Positions 27,481 to 41,850 are shown, numbered from the whole stretch's first letter. The stretch is DNA of 61,828 nucleotides, filler included, from Platydemus manokwari (GCA_037951405.1; 5 parts of 5 records of this genome joined end to end with filler, not necessarily neighbours in it), one strand, 5' to 3'. Numbers and translations: made by a program. The notes: generated from the letters alone by a model not told the origin.

Positions 27481-28030
27481 CTAAAATCCAAATGAAAATT
27501 TAAACTATTAGATGTTGGGTTTGAGGGTCTGAATTCGACAAGAATAGAAGAGAGATCCAGAATAATAAACTAGCAATTCTAGTGAATTATATGCTGTTGG
27601 GAAATGGTATTTACTTTGTAAAAGCTTTGGTTGTTGACAGAAATAGCAGTAAAATGGATAGTTTTCTGGAGAATTTCTTGTAGCAGAAAAGAGAAACATA
27701 TTAAAGTGGGATTTCATAAAAGCCGATTCGTTGCTTAAAGCAAAAAATGGATATCTTTTGGTGAGGTTGAAAAAAATTTGAAAATGTCTCTAAGATGAAT
27801 TTAGGTACTTGGACTAATTTTGTTTTGATAGAAGAGATAAATGAAATAAGGAGGAAAATTAAAATGGAGGACAAGATACCGAAAGTTTTAGTTTAATCGA
27901 ATGCCCTTTGTGTCATAAAAAGACTTTTAATAAGGAAACATTTATTTACTACAAATACGGTGGTAAATATACAGTTTAAAGCCCTTTTAAAAGATAAAGG
28001 ACGTAAAGTTAATTTGTGAATGAAAATGCG

Positions 28031-28710
28031 AATGTGATATGTATGATGAGTATAAATGTTTGTTTGATTGGATAGTGATTAGTGATTGGTCAATTGCTAC
28101 TAATCAATTAATCCTATCCTGATGCATGGTCAAAAAATAAGACCATATATATATATACATATATTAAATTTTTGTTATTTCTGTATATGACATCTTATGA
28201 ACCGCAATAAATCATTCTTCCCCCTTTATTTCTTTTTGAAAATCGTGCATCTTCTAAAAGACATCATGTGCTTGGTAGACTAGTTTTACATCCCGCATTG
28301 TCATCTTTTTATTTCTACATCCTCAATTGTTTGTTGTGTCAAAACCATCATTAATGACGGCTTGCTGGAGAATAATGACTGTAAACTTCTAGATTCTTTC
28401 GAAGAATTCTGTTGACTGTTGCATCGATTTGAAGAATCTTTTCATTTTGGTTATGAATTTGTCCAAATTATACCTTTACTCTAATTATTTTGGAAGTTTG
28501 ATACAATTCAAGGCTTTGGTCGCCATGTTAATAATAGGACTTTTAATTAGAAAACATTTGCAAAAAATACAATGTCATATTTAGGGTTTAATTTTTGGTG
28601 ATGTAAACACATCATGATAATTTTAATTGATTAGTAGCAACTGACAATTGCACAATCACTAATTACTATGCAATCAAATAAATATACATACTCATCATAC
28701 ATGATACATT
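28031..28710. mobile_element. Element bounded by ~95-100-bp imperfect inverted repeats (MITE/foldback-like)
   Basis: 28031-28125 (AATGTGATATGTATGATGAGTAT...TTGCTACTAATCAATTAA) matches the reverse complement of 28610-28710. Confidence 0.7.
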
Positions 28711-28816
28711 TATGAATCACCCTTACACTTTGGAATAGTGTCCATTACCTCCAACTTTTCAGAAACTTATGAATGTTGAATTGAAGACTAAAAATTAGAT
28801 AAACCGCGTAATTTAC

Positions 28817-28968
28817 CTGATTGATATTCTGATACTTGTGTTGGGAAGACAACGTGGAACGTCAGGGACAATAGTGATTAAACCCATCAAACCAGGCCCA
28901 AAATAGAAAACATGAGCTACCCAAAGCTGGAGCGTGGACTTAGACGCTTGATGTCGGCGACGATTCAT
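28817..28968 (-). other. Candidate orphan exon, product unknown
   Basis: GC-richer island flanked by TTTGCAG and GTAAAT. One frame is open: MNRRRHQASKSTLQLWVAHVFYFGPGLMGLITIVPDVPRCLPNTSIRISI. Confidence 0.3.
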
Positions 28969-29749
28969 CTGCAAATTCGAGGGATTCAAATCTAGTAATC
29001 AATCCAGTTCCCAATAATCAATCTAGTTTCCAATTATGACTCAATGATTTGATTTTCCGATATTGATACTTGACTTGATATTTTGATTATCTTGATTATG
29101 AATATGAATTGATTTAATATCTTAATGATATTTGACTTGATATTTTAATCATCTGTGATCTTGATTATAAATGTTAATTATTGTAATTATATAAAAATCG
29201 TTAACATGTAATTTGTATAAAATGTAAAGAATATGGAAAATATAAATTAGCATATCTTATTATTTATAAATCAGAGATTGAAAAAGAAACAGAAAATTTA
29301 ATTTTTAATGTCAGTAATTTAATAATATTTAATTAGTAATGTCAATAATTTAGTAATAAAATTTCTGAGGTTAGATAAATTATTAAAAAATTGTAAGGTT
29401 TAGAACTTTTAGAATTATAAACATTAAAGATCCAAAGTAAAAATATTGTTTAAAATTTATAGGAGTGATAGAAATTCCTAGGTACAAAGTACCGAATCTC
29501 AACATCTATATAAGCTGATGGATTTCCATCACAATCTATGATTCAAAAATCTTGGTAGATTGAACGCCTAGAGAATAATTAAATTGTCAATAAAGCGGAA
29601 TCGTAGAGAAGATTAAATTGTAAATAAAGAGAAAGCTTAGAAAGAAATTGAAATTTAGAGAACAATAAAGTTAACAATTAATCAAAAAGTAAATAATTAG
29701 ATACATTTTATCACAACTTTAAAGTAGGTATACCAACACTCTAAAGGAT

Positions 29750-30680
29750 CTCCCTTTGGAGCAATAGATATACTTTAAACTCTATACTAAACTCTTATTA
29801 AAGGTGAAATTAAAGGTTCTCACGATCTCGTTGAGATAACCGTACCTAATTGTTTTTATAACTTTTGTGTGAGCTAGTATTTTGAAGAGAATTTGTGTGT
29901 GATTAGTGTAATTTGGTTTTTATTATAATCAATAAAGTTATTACGAGTTTGTGTGTTTTTTATCTATCTTTAAAAGAACTAAAAAAGGAACTCGCGCTGT
30001 TGAGTTGGTTAAAGAACTTTAAACATCATATACAACCCATCATTTGGAAGAGAAGTAAATGAACACAATTATCAGTGGGGAAAAAAATAAATTAACTATT
30101 TAGAAGATATGATTGACTTTAAACGGCATAAGAATAGATGAAGACAAAAATCTTTAATGCGTAAAGGAACTGCAGAAATTTTGGGACTATGTGGTAACTA
30201 CTAGATACTGTTGAAGCAGATAATATTATATTATAATATTGTATAATAAATCTTAATATTCTTCTCAAGAATTCGTAGTTGGTGATATTGTGATATTTGA
30301 AAATTCGTTATACAAATTATTTGGTAGATTTGTCGACCTATTCAAGGTTTTCGAGAAAATAAATGCATCGATATATATATAGTAAGAAATTATAAATTAG
30401 AAATACTTAGAGATATATAGAAAGAAAAATTCCTTGAAGGCACAATGATAAGAGTATTGAAAGTATGGACAAGCTCCCAAATATAAGAAACAGAAACGGT
30501 GATTAAAAAATTATTATTACCAAACACTGTCGAATGAACGAAGAGATCTACCAGAAATAATAAACATATAAAATACCTATGTTCCATAAATGCCAGCTTT
30601 TCCGAAGACGGACTGATGTGATATTTATGTATATGCATGAGCATTGAAATTTAAATCCGATGATATTTTAGATACTTTTT
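29750..30680 (+). mobile_element. Possible very decayed LTR-retrotransposon remnant
   Basis: Weak fragments reminiscent of a gag N-terminus (LNGIRIDEDK) and of RT (NAS..RR.DVIF followed by DDIL near 30655). Confidence 0.25.
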
Positions 30681-32869
30681 AATAAAGAAATATTACTATT
30701 ATCTCAATCTTACAGATCCAATCCACATAATGTTGAAACAGTAATATTATCCACTCCGACAATTTCTAACATTTAGTGTACTGTTTTTTAATTCCCTGTG
30801 ATGGTGCATAATATAGACACCAATTATTAACCTCCACACATTATCTCCAGTTACCTTCATTACTTCAATATTTATTTTTGTCAACAATATAATCTTTTCG
30901 ATTAATGTGTCAAGAAACATTTAAATGACAAACTATCGATCATATTCCTAAATTATATGATAGAAAATTTTAAAATTGTTTTGCATAATTAGTTCAGTAT
31001 GTTATAATTTATATCAGTATATATAATTTATCAAACATTTATTGATTCTCAATTACTGATTCCATGTAGTATTTCGTTGTTCTAAGTAGAGAAACATTAA
31101 ATATAAAATATTCAATCAAAATCAAATTTAAGAACCCATTCATCAATTATCATTGAAGTGTTTGACTAGGAAGCGTTCTTCTTGGTCTCATTTGTAGCTG
31201 ATTTACTATCGATTTTAAAATGTTGAGGTGAATTACTTGTAAAATTACAATTATTTAAATACTTGAATCACAGGTTGATTTTAATTGTTTTAGGGTCTGC
31301 TTCAGTTTTCAGTTTTATAACGGATGTTCAATCCTTGTGTACTTTATCACCATAACTTTAATTTTGATAAAGAGCTTCCATAAAACATATCTCCACAGAT
31401 ATATGATTTTAATCTATTTAAATTAGACCCTCAGTTTACTCTAACTAGGAGGACTAATTATTCCAATTTATTATTTCTAATCATTGCAACTAAATCCAAA
31501 TCGTTTTACTTTAAAAATTTTCTCCTTTTTCTTATATTCATGAAGTAATCCTTGAGTTGAAGGATCATCATCAAGAAATTTTTTGTTGTTTATTTCTACT
31601 TCATCTGGTATTTTATTAATATTCTTTATTACTTAATTTTATCCTTTTCGAGCATTCACATTTGTTTAACTCTTACATAAACTATTTGTCAATATATGAT
31701 AAATCGTTTTGATTTTCTTTTTTATTCTTGAAACAACTGGGAAACCGATTATTATTTCATTGTTTTGTATTGATATTGGAGCATAATTTGGATTTTAGAA
31801 TTGTTTTGATTAGTTCGATTTATTGATATAAAAATGACAACCTTCAATTCTATTGGACCCAACAAAATTTCAATGAATTCTTAAATTACATTAAATGATT
31901 ATTTTTCATTTATTATAAATTATGTTATTTTTAAATAAGATTTTATAACGAATTAATTATTGAAGAAAAGATTAAATATTTTCGATTAAATCTTTAGATT
32001 GAAAAGATCTAAAACCAAAAAAATTCCAATTTCAATAATGAAATCAGAAATAAATAGTAAACATCTTATGACGGTGATGATTATTTTGGATATGTTAATA
32101 AAATATTTGTTTGTCGAAGTAATAAGCAGGAATATGAACTGGAGTGAATGTGGTAATGCAGCCCTAATTTATAGCGGCAGAAGAAGCAGAAATTGTAAGT
32201 GGGTCAATGAGAAAAAGTATTCCACGCTCTAAATTTTAGTGCGCTTAGGTGGACCTTGGATGTTTGACACAATAATTGAACTGTAATTACTGTAATCAAT
32301 ATTAAAATCTGATCAACTAACGCTTGCAGATCAAAAGCAACAGATATAATTGTTATTTTTCTGTTAAATCTGATAACCAACTCGTACCAACAAGTTCCCC
32401 AATAAGAAATGTATGAAGTTCTCCAATGTGCTTTCCATTATATTTGTTTGTTTTATACTTTCTGATACTTGGTATGTGAAATCGTTTATAAATTATTATA
32501 ATTAGCTGGAATGTTTAAATGCTGTTGAACTTTGGTTTGTCTGCATTTTTCTGAATAGCTACTGATTTTTTAACAGAATCCATTATTTCACTCTGTATGA
32601 ACTCGTTTTCATGCATCTTTCAGATGTTAATTATCAGAAATATCTTTTTTATCCATGTGGATTTCTTGATAAATATATTTTATTTCGAGAAAAATCTTTT
32701 GAATTATTTGATATTATTATTTACTAAATCAGTGGTCTTCATACTTTTTGTGTTACGACACAGTTTATCAGTCCTAATGTTTACGTGACACCTAGAGACT
32801 AAAATAAAAATAATAAAGTTAATTTTTTAATACAATTTTTTAAAACTAACAAATTAAAATATATTTTAA

Positions 32870-33460
32870 AATAATAACAACGATTCTGAATATTCTGGCA
32901 TAAAATATCAAATATTGGATTTATTTTGTTGATGGCTGGTCTCACTACTAATGTTAGATCTTTAAAATTCGATCGATATTTCATCTTAATATAAGTCAGT
33001 GTTAAAAATGAAATTTCTCGAGATCCACCCCCTTTCGAAGAACACTGAACTAAGGTGATATTCTATATATTCATACTATAATCATATTTAATGCTCTGCC
33101 ATTAGATCATAGCAGATTTCATAAATGAAAACATCAAAAATATTTCATTGATTTTCAGTAATTTCTTATGAATCTCAACTCCTTCCATGATTGATTGCAT
33201 TTATTTTGGCATTTTCATTCACATGTCAACCCTTATTATAATGATCCATAGAAAATACACAATAATAAGTTCATTAAAATTATTCATTAAAATATAAACG
33301 TTTTATGCTTGTTTAAATCAGTGATGACAACAAATGCTGATAATTGACATTCCTTAGTCAAAGTTTTACCAAATATTTTGGCATTGTTAATTAATAAATG
33401 ATTCATTTCCTCCATGCATTCCATCTATAATCTCATCTGATAAATAACCATTCTAAGTCA
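32870..33460 (-). mobile_element. Decayed hAT (Buster/Charlie-type) transposase C-terminus
   Basis: Minus strand: GYLSD...HGGN, WQSIKYDY, then EISFLTLTYIKMKYRSNFKDLTLVVRPAINKINPIFDILCQ, matching the hAT dimerization consensus E..FS.L..IK.KYR..L.....R.A...I.P. Confidence 0.55.
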
Positions 33461-35849
33461 TTCTAAATAACCAGTGCTATTATTGAATATATTAATATCT
33501 AAAATATTTTTATTCATTAATCTGTTATTATTATTTACTTAGTATTACCCGAAAAACACGAAAACTGCATTCAACACAACCCAGTAAATTCCTATCATCA
33601 TGTTGATCGGATATAAAATATATTACATCAAAATAATACAATATCTGTCTAACTGAAGTTGGGAGATATTATCAAAGTTGAATTCAATTAAAACATCGAG
33701 GATTGTAATTATAGATTTTTATAACAAGCTGGATAACAAATTTATCTAATAAAGTATTGAACACGCTCAACAATATGTGCTGCTTTTAATTTTTTGTTTT
33801 ATTCATTGGATAAATATCCGATTTATATCGTTTTTTGATTATGTTTTATCGGGTTCTTTCTTTTAATCATTAATAGCACTATTATTAAAATTATCCAGAA
33901 ATAATAATAATTATCTAAACATCGTTCTATATATGGCACTTACAGCTCGCTTACATTTCTAAGCATATTTTTCTCTTTAATTTCTTGTCTAATTTGTCAT
34001 AGTAGTTAATCACATCGTTGTTTTATTCAATGAAAATTGCTCTACTTTATCTTTTATAACCTTCCATTTTATTATTATTATTATGTCTTATATTATTATT
34101 ATTATTATCGAAACTTTTTTAAAATAATTACAATAAAATCAATTTTAATTCATCTTGGCACTGAATAACTAAAAGTGATTTTCTTATCGCATTAACAGTT
34201 GAAATGGATTGTAGATTGATTGATCTGAATCTCAATTTTTATCCCCATACCATACACAATTCATAAAGTACACACCATGTGTTGCCAATTAAAGTGCTGA
34301 TTGAGAAAGGCGTCTTATTCTATTATATTTCACCATTTCAAACATCTAATTTCAATAAAGTTTTTTATGGCACATCTTTTTACATAAATTATTGTTACTA
34401 AATAAATAATAATAATATTATTTATTCCAATTATGTATATTTACACATGATATTTAGATAATAGAATTTATTTTCAATCAATTCGGTGGCCTTCCATAAA
34501 TATCTGGTTTTTTAATGATTAATTTATGAATTTCTTTATTAATTACTTTCAATCTAATTTAATTTATTTTAATTTTATTACTTTCATTAATTCATTGATT
34601 TAATACTAGAAAGATCGAATATTTAGTTACTATTAATAGATATATTAATATTATAGTAAAAATTAATAAATGACATATTGAAATTACTTCAAGCCAGATC
34701 GGATATTGAGTTTTCAATATTGGCATTTGTATTTGTTTCATTAATATACCTTCATAACAATTCACAAGACAAAAAAATAAATAAAGTATTCAAGATTTAT
34801 ACTAACGTGCAATGTAAATGATTTTTAATAAAATAAAAATAAATAATAATAATAATCATAAATAATTATTATAATAATTATTATATTATATTTTTAAGAA
34901 TATGTGACTCACATCATGATTTATTTGTGCCCCAAATTTTAGTGATTTTAGCTAGAAATGAATATTATCTATATCGATCAACTTAAAATTTAATATACAA
35001 AAGACGGGATTCACTCATTTTTGATGAATATAAAATGAAGATCATTAATATATGTGCGCGAACTAGCTTTTGTCGATCATTCCAATATTAATATAATAAT
35101 AAATAAATTATCTTCTAATAATTATTCACGTGATATTTATATTATTGAATATCACAGAGGAATACATTTCAGATGTGGACTCATTCATGTTGTGATAACA
35201 ATAGAATCAGAAAACCGTGTGTATTTATAATTGATATGAATATTGTGTATGCCTTATATTTGTGAGTGTATTCATTCCGATTATGCATAAATGGTCAATT
35301 CAATAATGAGGTAATTGATAATAATTTTAATATAAAATCGTCAGAATCATATTGATAATAGTAAAAAGATAACTCATTTGCATCATTATTTTATTCTAAT
35401 TCAAAATTACACTCTTTGTTGTTTAATATTAAAACAAATCTTATTCTTTTAATCTAACTATAATTATTATCTAACTATAATAATTATCATAAAATTTAAC
35501 TGCAAACATCGGTATTTTGGGCAAATATTAAGTATCAAATTAGTAAAAGAACTATTCGAAAAAATGTTGTTTTTAGTTTAAAATACAAAAGAAGAATTAA
35601 TATTCCTGATAACCAATGTAAGGTAAATAATAATTCATCAAACAATGTTAGTGATTTAAATAAAATGGTGTGCGAAACTTTGTTCAAATTAAGTGATGAT
35701 GATATTTGTTTAAATGAGCAGTACTTAAAATGATTAGAAAAAAGTGACTTCAAAAATAACTGTTAATGATTTTTGTTCATCTAACAACGCTATAATTACT
35801 TGACTTCCACCAATATATGGTCGTGTAAGCATTCATATTTATAAAATAA

Positions 35850-37820
35850 AAATCTTCATAGCATTAAAACTAGGTCCAGAACATGCCATCTTGAATCCAA
35901 CAATCACTACAGCTATTTTCGACGGCAACTGGCAATATCTGACAGGTTTTGGAAACTTAGACCAAATAAAGCAAGCAAAATACATTTATTGCCTGATCCA
36001 TTCACAATTTTTCCATCTGTGATTGATAATGATCGACGTTGAAATATGGGAATACTATGTGTTCAATCTATCATCTGTAAGAAAGAACAAAGTCTTCTTT
36101 ATGTACTGCAGTAGTAATATTGAAAACCTCACAATACAAAGGCATGACGAATGTTTAAGGCTGATCCACGAGTTTGTTAACTCAGCTGATCTTTTGGTCA
36201 ATGTTAATGAAACAGTACTATATCTTGAGGGATATGAGACTGTTTCAAAACTCAGAGTAGATCTCTATGTTGAGAACTGCTTAAATAAGCGAATCTTCCT
36301 AGTGGACTTTGAATGTCCATTTGATACTGAGCGCCTAATAACAGAAGCAGATGAAAGGAATCTGGCTCATTATGCCCAACTCTGCGAATTAGTAAAAAAT
36401 ATAAGCCAAACTATACTATTGCTGTACACTCATTAGGTTCGGTCCCACAAAAGACATTGAATGTCTTAAAAGTGCTTGGTTTATCGGATGCAAATATTGA
36501 GATTCTTAGAAATCTTATGTCTACTTCGAACATAAGACAGTTCACTCGGATCTCTCATCAACATCAAAAGATACAAATTCTGGTTTATGCTGATGATCTA
36601 GTTATTGTTGTAAATAATGCCAAAGATCTGCAAGCAATTCTCAACATAGTTAGTGAAGATGCTAAACAAATCAATCTGCAATTCCAGCCATCAAAATGTG
36701 CGTACATAACAATACCGGACGATAAATCAAAAACCAGCAGAATCTCCATTGATGGCAGGTTCATTACAAGAACGATCATATAGAAAAAATAACACAAGAC
36801 TCGGAAACACAAGTACAAAGCGTCGGAAATCAAGAAGAAAATTGTAGCAGTACCAAATCAAACACAAAACTAGTATCTGTATGTAACATCAAAGAATGGA
36901 GGCGCAGGACTACGAGATTTATACGACGGATACAATCTTCAACAAATTGTACAAGCATTCAAGCTTCTAAACTGAAAGTGTTGCTGAACTGATCCGAAAT
37001 TCAGTGAGATTTACAGCTAAATGTCGCATCCGAACAAAAAACGTAACAACAAACCAATCATTAGAATGGCTGAATAAACAAGTAGACCCGCAATCAAACA
37101 AACATAGTGCGTACAAGTTAGAATGGAGATCACATATTTCTAAGCTACCCACAAAACAACAATCTCATTCAAATGTACAGAAGGATTCTTCAATATCAGA
37201 CTTACAGATGCCAGACAAAAAACATCACTCGTACAAATATGACATCTCAAACAAATGACAAAAATCCTACACGAAACCGTTCACGTATCTTATCTGGTGC
37301 AATGAGCGAGAAGTAACGCTAGCAATTACATATGCCAAATAGTGAGTCACAACACTAAGCTCAATAACATAATATATAGTGGTGAAATTGTCCGTTTGCA
37401 TGGAATTTTTACACAGTTCCAGAACAAACACACTTCCAGTCAATGCGAGACCAATGAATAGAGATCCATGTGACAGGAAATGCAGAAGGTGTCAAGCACA
37501 AGAAGAAACAATGGCACTTGTCCTTCAAGTGTGTATACTAAACAGCACACACACATTTCCAACAAACACAATGCTAGTTTAAAGATCATATATCATGCAA
37601 TACAGGACCCAGATCTCTTCATTTTAATCAATGAGATAATCCCATATCTCAAAAGTTGTGGTGACGAGTCCAGAATGGGCATCGATATCTGTATTGAAAA
37701 CGTGTCAAAGAAAACAATCTTCCTTGCTGATTTAAAGTGCCCGATTCATTAACCAGATACAATCGCTACAGCAATATTTATGAATGAAATCCACTATGAA
37801 AATATCGAGGCTTGCCCATG
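35850..37820 (+). mobile_element. Decayed, internally deleted RLE-type non-LTR retrotransposon (NeSL/R5-like)
   Basis: Domain order: possible Ulp1-like protease remnant (KYIYCLIHSQFFHL*LIMID..EYYVFN), RLE #1 (RHD...RVDL...LVDFECPFD), RT ILVYADDL...SKC, thumb LYVTSKNGGAGL, CCHC-derived CRRC..EETM..VLQVC, RLE #2 (KHN...IDI...LADLKCP). Confidence 0.85.
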
Positions 37821-39131
37821 CTGACATATAATATGATTTAAATAAAAAAAATCTTGTACTTTTTTATATAAATATATGTTTAGGGTTCCAAGGTTCAAAT
37901 CCACTCAATAATACTTTTAGGACAAATGAAAATCCTATATAAATTTACTTTTTTATTGGAAAAATAATTCCTAATAAACTGAGCGAAAGAATCTCATCAA
38001 ATTGGGAATATTTTGATAGAACACTAACAGATAAAGATTGTGTCATATTGATTTTTAGTTTTTTTGGTTAGAACTGAATCTCAGTTTTACCATTGGAATG
38101 ATGTTGGAAACTATATATTGGAGAATTGATAATATATTTATAAAAAAGATAATAAATGAAACAATTATTAACACAATTTGATCTCATAACAGTTTTTTTT
38201 ATATTTAACTCTTTCCCTTTAACACATTTTTCCACACATTTTTTTCCAGCCAGCTACTTCTTTATCAATTTCATTTTAATATATTGTATCAGATTTTAAT
38301 TATAATCTGAAAATTTGAATTATTTTAGTTTCCCGTCGTTATCTTGATAAATATCTTTAGTTCTTGTAATTATTATCTAAATTATTATCATAAGCTTCAG
38401 ATAATATTTCTATATTTATTTACAACGGAATTCATTCATCAAGAATTAAAATTAATTCAGCAAATTAAAATGCAAATAAATTAATTTTGTTTACTTTCAG
38501 CAGTGCTTCATAATAATTTATTGCAAATATATTCTCACAGATTTTTGTAAATCTTCAATGTGCTGGTTTTGTTTTTTATTTTTTTCTGTAAATAAATTCA
38601 TATTCGCAAGTTTACAAACTTCTGCCTAGGTTTTGCCATGAAAGACACAATAATTCTTTAACATGATTAGAGAACAATTTGTTCTGATTCTGGTTTCATA
38701 AATATGTTGTTTGAAACAAAATTTTGAACTGCTAGAATAAGAGAAATGCTGAATGAAAATTATTTGAGCTTTTAATAATTGTTTGTGAGAAATATATATG
38801 AAAGAAATTAAATATTTAATTCTAATTTTATAATAAAATTAAACTTATTTGTTTAACTTTTTGTATTTAAATATATTTCATTTCGTTATTAATGTTGACA
38901 ACACATCAGGATTCTATTCTGAAAAGATCAACGACTGAAAATCATGGAAAAAAGGACGAAGATACTGAGACTATATTGAGAACATATAAAAAGATATAAG
39001 GAAGAGATAAAGTTTTAGAATGGATAAAATAGATATAAAAATATATAAATTTGATATATAAAAGGAGATATAAAACAAGATATAATGGAGATGTAAAAGA
39101 AGATATTAAAAGATAGATAGATATTAAAAGA

Positions 39132-39231
39132 NNNNNNNNNNNNNNNNNNNNNNNNNNNNNNNNNNNNNNNNNNNNTTAATTAATTAANNNNNNNNNNNNN
39201 NNNNNNNNNNNNNNNNNNNNNNNNNNNNNNN
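39132..39231. other. Artificial assembly spacer
   Basis: 44 N + TTAATTAATTAA + 44 N, preceded by a degenerate AGATATAAAA-type low-complexity tract. Confidence 0.98.
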
Positions 39232-41729
39232 CCTAACAAATGGTGTACTTAAGAAATCATTCATATTTACTAATCATTATTTCACAGTTATTTTATGTTT
39301 ATTACAGTTCAAGATTCGATGAAATATAAATTTTAATAACAATAATAATAATAATATATAAAAAAATATTTAATATATTTTTATAAGGATTATTCAAAAG
39401 ATTTATCCAACATTAAAAGTCCAAATAAGTTTCTAATAACCGATGTGAAATAACGAATAATCATCATTTTAATAAGGCACAAAAGGAATTTTTTCAAAGC
39501 TTTGAATTTATTTTATTGCCATTGTTTATCTCTTTGATAATTTCTGGGTAAAACATGAAAATGAAAGCGTTCTGTGTTGATATTTGTTGATGTTATTGAT
39601 TTTAGTTTTGTGAGAATTATTGATAACTGAAACATATGGTAGATTTATTCAGTAATGAAATAGAAATAGTTGGCGAAATAAAATATAAATAAATTTATAA
39701 TGTCTTATTATATATGTGTGTATAAAGACGAATTATAAAATTATTATTATTATTGATTAAATAACAATTGATTTTGATTTATTCATTTAAAAATCATTTA
39801 AATAAGCAATAATCTATATCGATTTATTGAATTTATTATCGATTCATCTCTATAACATCGATAAATCGAATTTTTTCATTCTGTTTAACATCTTTGTTAA
39901 AATTAAAATCGATAATGAAATCGATTCAGTGATAAATCAATATTTTTTTACAGATACCATCTAATATACGCAGTGAAACATTTCTAATCGCATTTTTCTG
40001 TTTAAAATTAAATAAATAATCTTAAACCGTTGTTAACTATTAAGTCGAGATTATTAAAAAAATGAGTTGAAGCCCACTACAATTTGAAAATGACGTTATT
40101 TAAAAATTATATTTGATTATGTTATTTGATTTTGGTAGAATTTATTTCAGAAAATCTTTGTATGATGCAGACATTGTTAAGGGTTCATCAATGAAATAAT
40201 TAATTTTATATATTTTGTATTATTGAAAGAAATTCAAAAACCATTCTCATAATGGCAATTAAAACAATGGTGATAAATGCTGGAAGTTTGTTCTTAATGC
40301 ACTATCGATGGGTACCAGAATAGATATTATGTCTTATTTGATTTGTACAGATATCAATAATACTCGAGCTTTTCGGTTTTTTTGCAAATTTTAAAGAAGA
40401 AAAAATACATTTACAAACGGATCTTTCAAAATTTTCATTCATAAAATATAACAAGGGACGGCCAGTTCACAATGAAATTCAAATCAATTTTAATCTCATC
40501 CACTTTGTCATGTTAGATGATGATTTATTTCATTTGTTTTTTTCATTTAGGTTATTGCCATACTGGCTTAATTCACAATATTGAATGAGATTTCAAACCA
40601 CAGAAACCCAAAAGTAGTAAAGAATTGTGATGAAATAGTAAATTTAAATTTAAAAAAATGAATAAAATTAATATTATAAATAACCATGGTTACGAGACTT
40701 ACGCGTGAAAAAACTGTATATTTACAGCAACCAAAGAGTACTTTAAGACGAAATCTATATTTTTCGAAACTTTAGCAAACGAAGTGTAAAGAAACATGGC
40801 ACGTTGTATATGTGAGATTTATAATTCAAATAAAATTAGGATTAATATTCAAAAACATATTTTAAAATTATTATATCAAAAATATTTGTATTCATAAAAT
40901 GGTCTTGCTCACAGCTTTACTGTAATCTCTCAATTGGTTAAAAATATGCTAAAAATAATTTTCATAAAAAAATTTTAAAAATAATTTTTAAAACGAGTGC
41001 ATTTGAATTTTAAAAGAATTTTAAAATTAATCGAATATTTGGTTAAAATGGATGGATTATGAAAACATAATATCTGTGCAGTGAGATTATGTCTTCTGAA
41101 TTAAACATGAAAAATGAAATGTTATTGTGATTTTTCTGTTAGAATCATCATGCACATTTTATTAAGTAATTATCAATATCAAATAAAAATCGCCATCATA
41201 TTACTCAATCTTCTTTCTCTTCTCCGTCGGTTTCGAATTTTCAGAAATTTATTTTTGTTGTGCACGGTGCGTTATTTCTGAAAATTGTTGATTTCATTTT
41301 TTGTAATTTTTTAAACGTTGTGTTTTGATTTCTGAATAAAAATTATTTTCAACCCAGTAATCTTATTTTTTGAGTTGTATTTCACATTCAATAATTGCAT
41401 CACTTATTAACATGCATATCTTATTCATTTGACATAATTTAGTAAAAATAATTTATCATCTATGTCGTTTTCAGTAAATCAATAACACAAACTACTAAAC
41501 GAGAGCTTTATAAATTCAATTTCTCCAATAGTTTAGTACTTATACTCAGTATTGATTCAGAACCAGTAAAAAATTATCATTTGATCTAACTTCATAACGA
41601 TGAATTTTAGCGTATGAGATAATTTAATTTTATTTTTATCCACGAATTTCATGTAAAAAATTCCTATAATATTTTTAGGATTAATTATTTATCAAAACTA
41701 TGAGTATAAATCTGTTGGTTTCATGTATT

Positions 41730-41850
41730 GGTGAAGTCATTTTGAATGGTCAACGGTATCGTGGTGATATGACAGCGTTTGGTAGACAGCTGTTTAACCA
41801 CCAAATATATTTAGAAATATTTGATCCGACGTTACTCACCATCAATTAAA
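41730..41850 (+). mobile_element. Possible Tc1/mariner transposase fragment
   Basis: GEVILNGQRYRGDMTAF resembles the TVNGERYR.M...F motif of mariner/maT transposases. Short and isolated. Confidence 0.3.

Noticed and set aside
29035-29175. Degenerate GATATT/TTGAC/TTGATT tandem tract
   Set aside because: Low-complexity decayed repeat with no consistent unit or coding signal.
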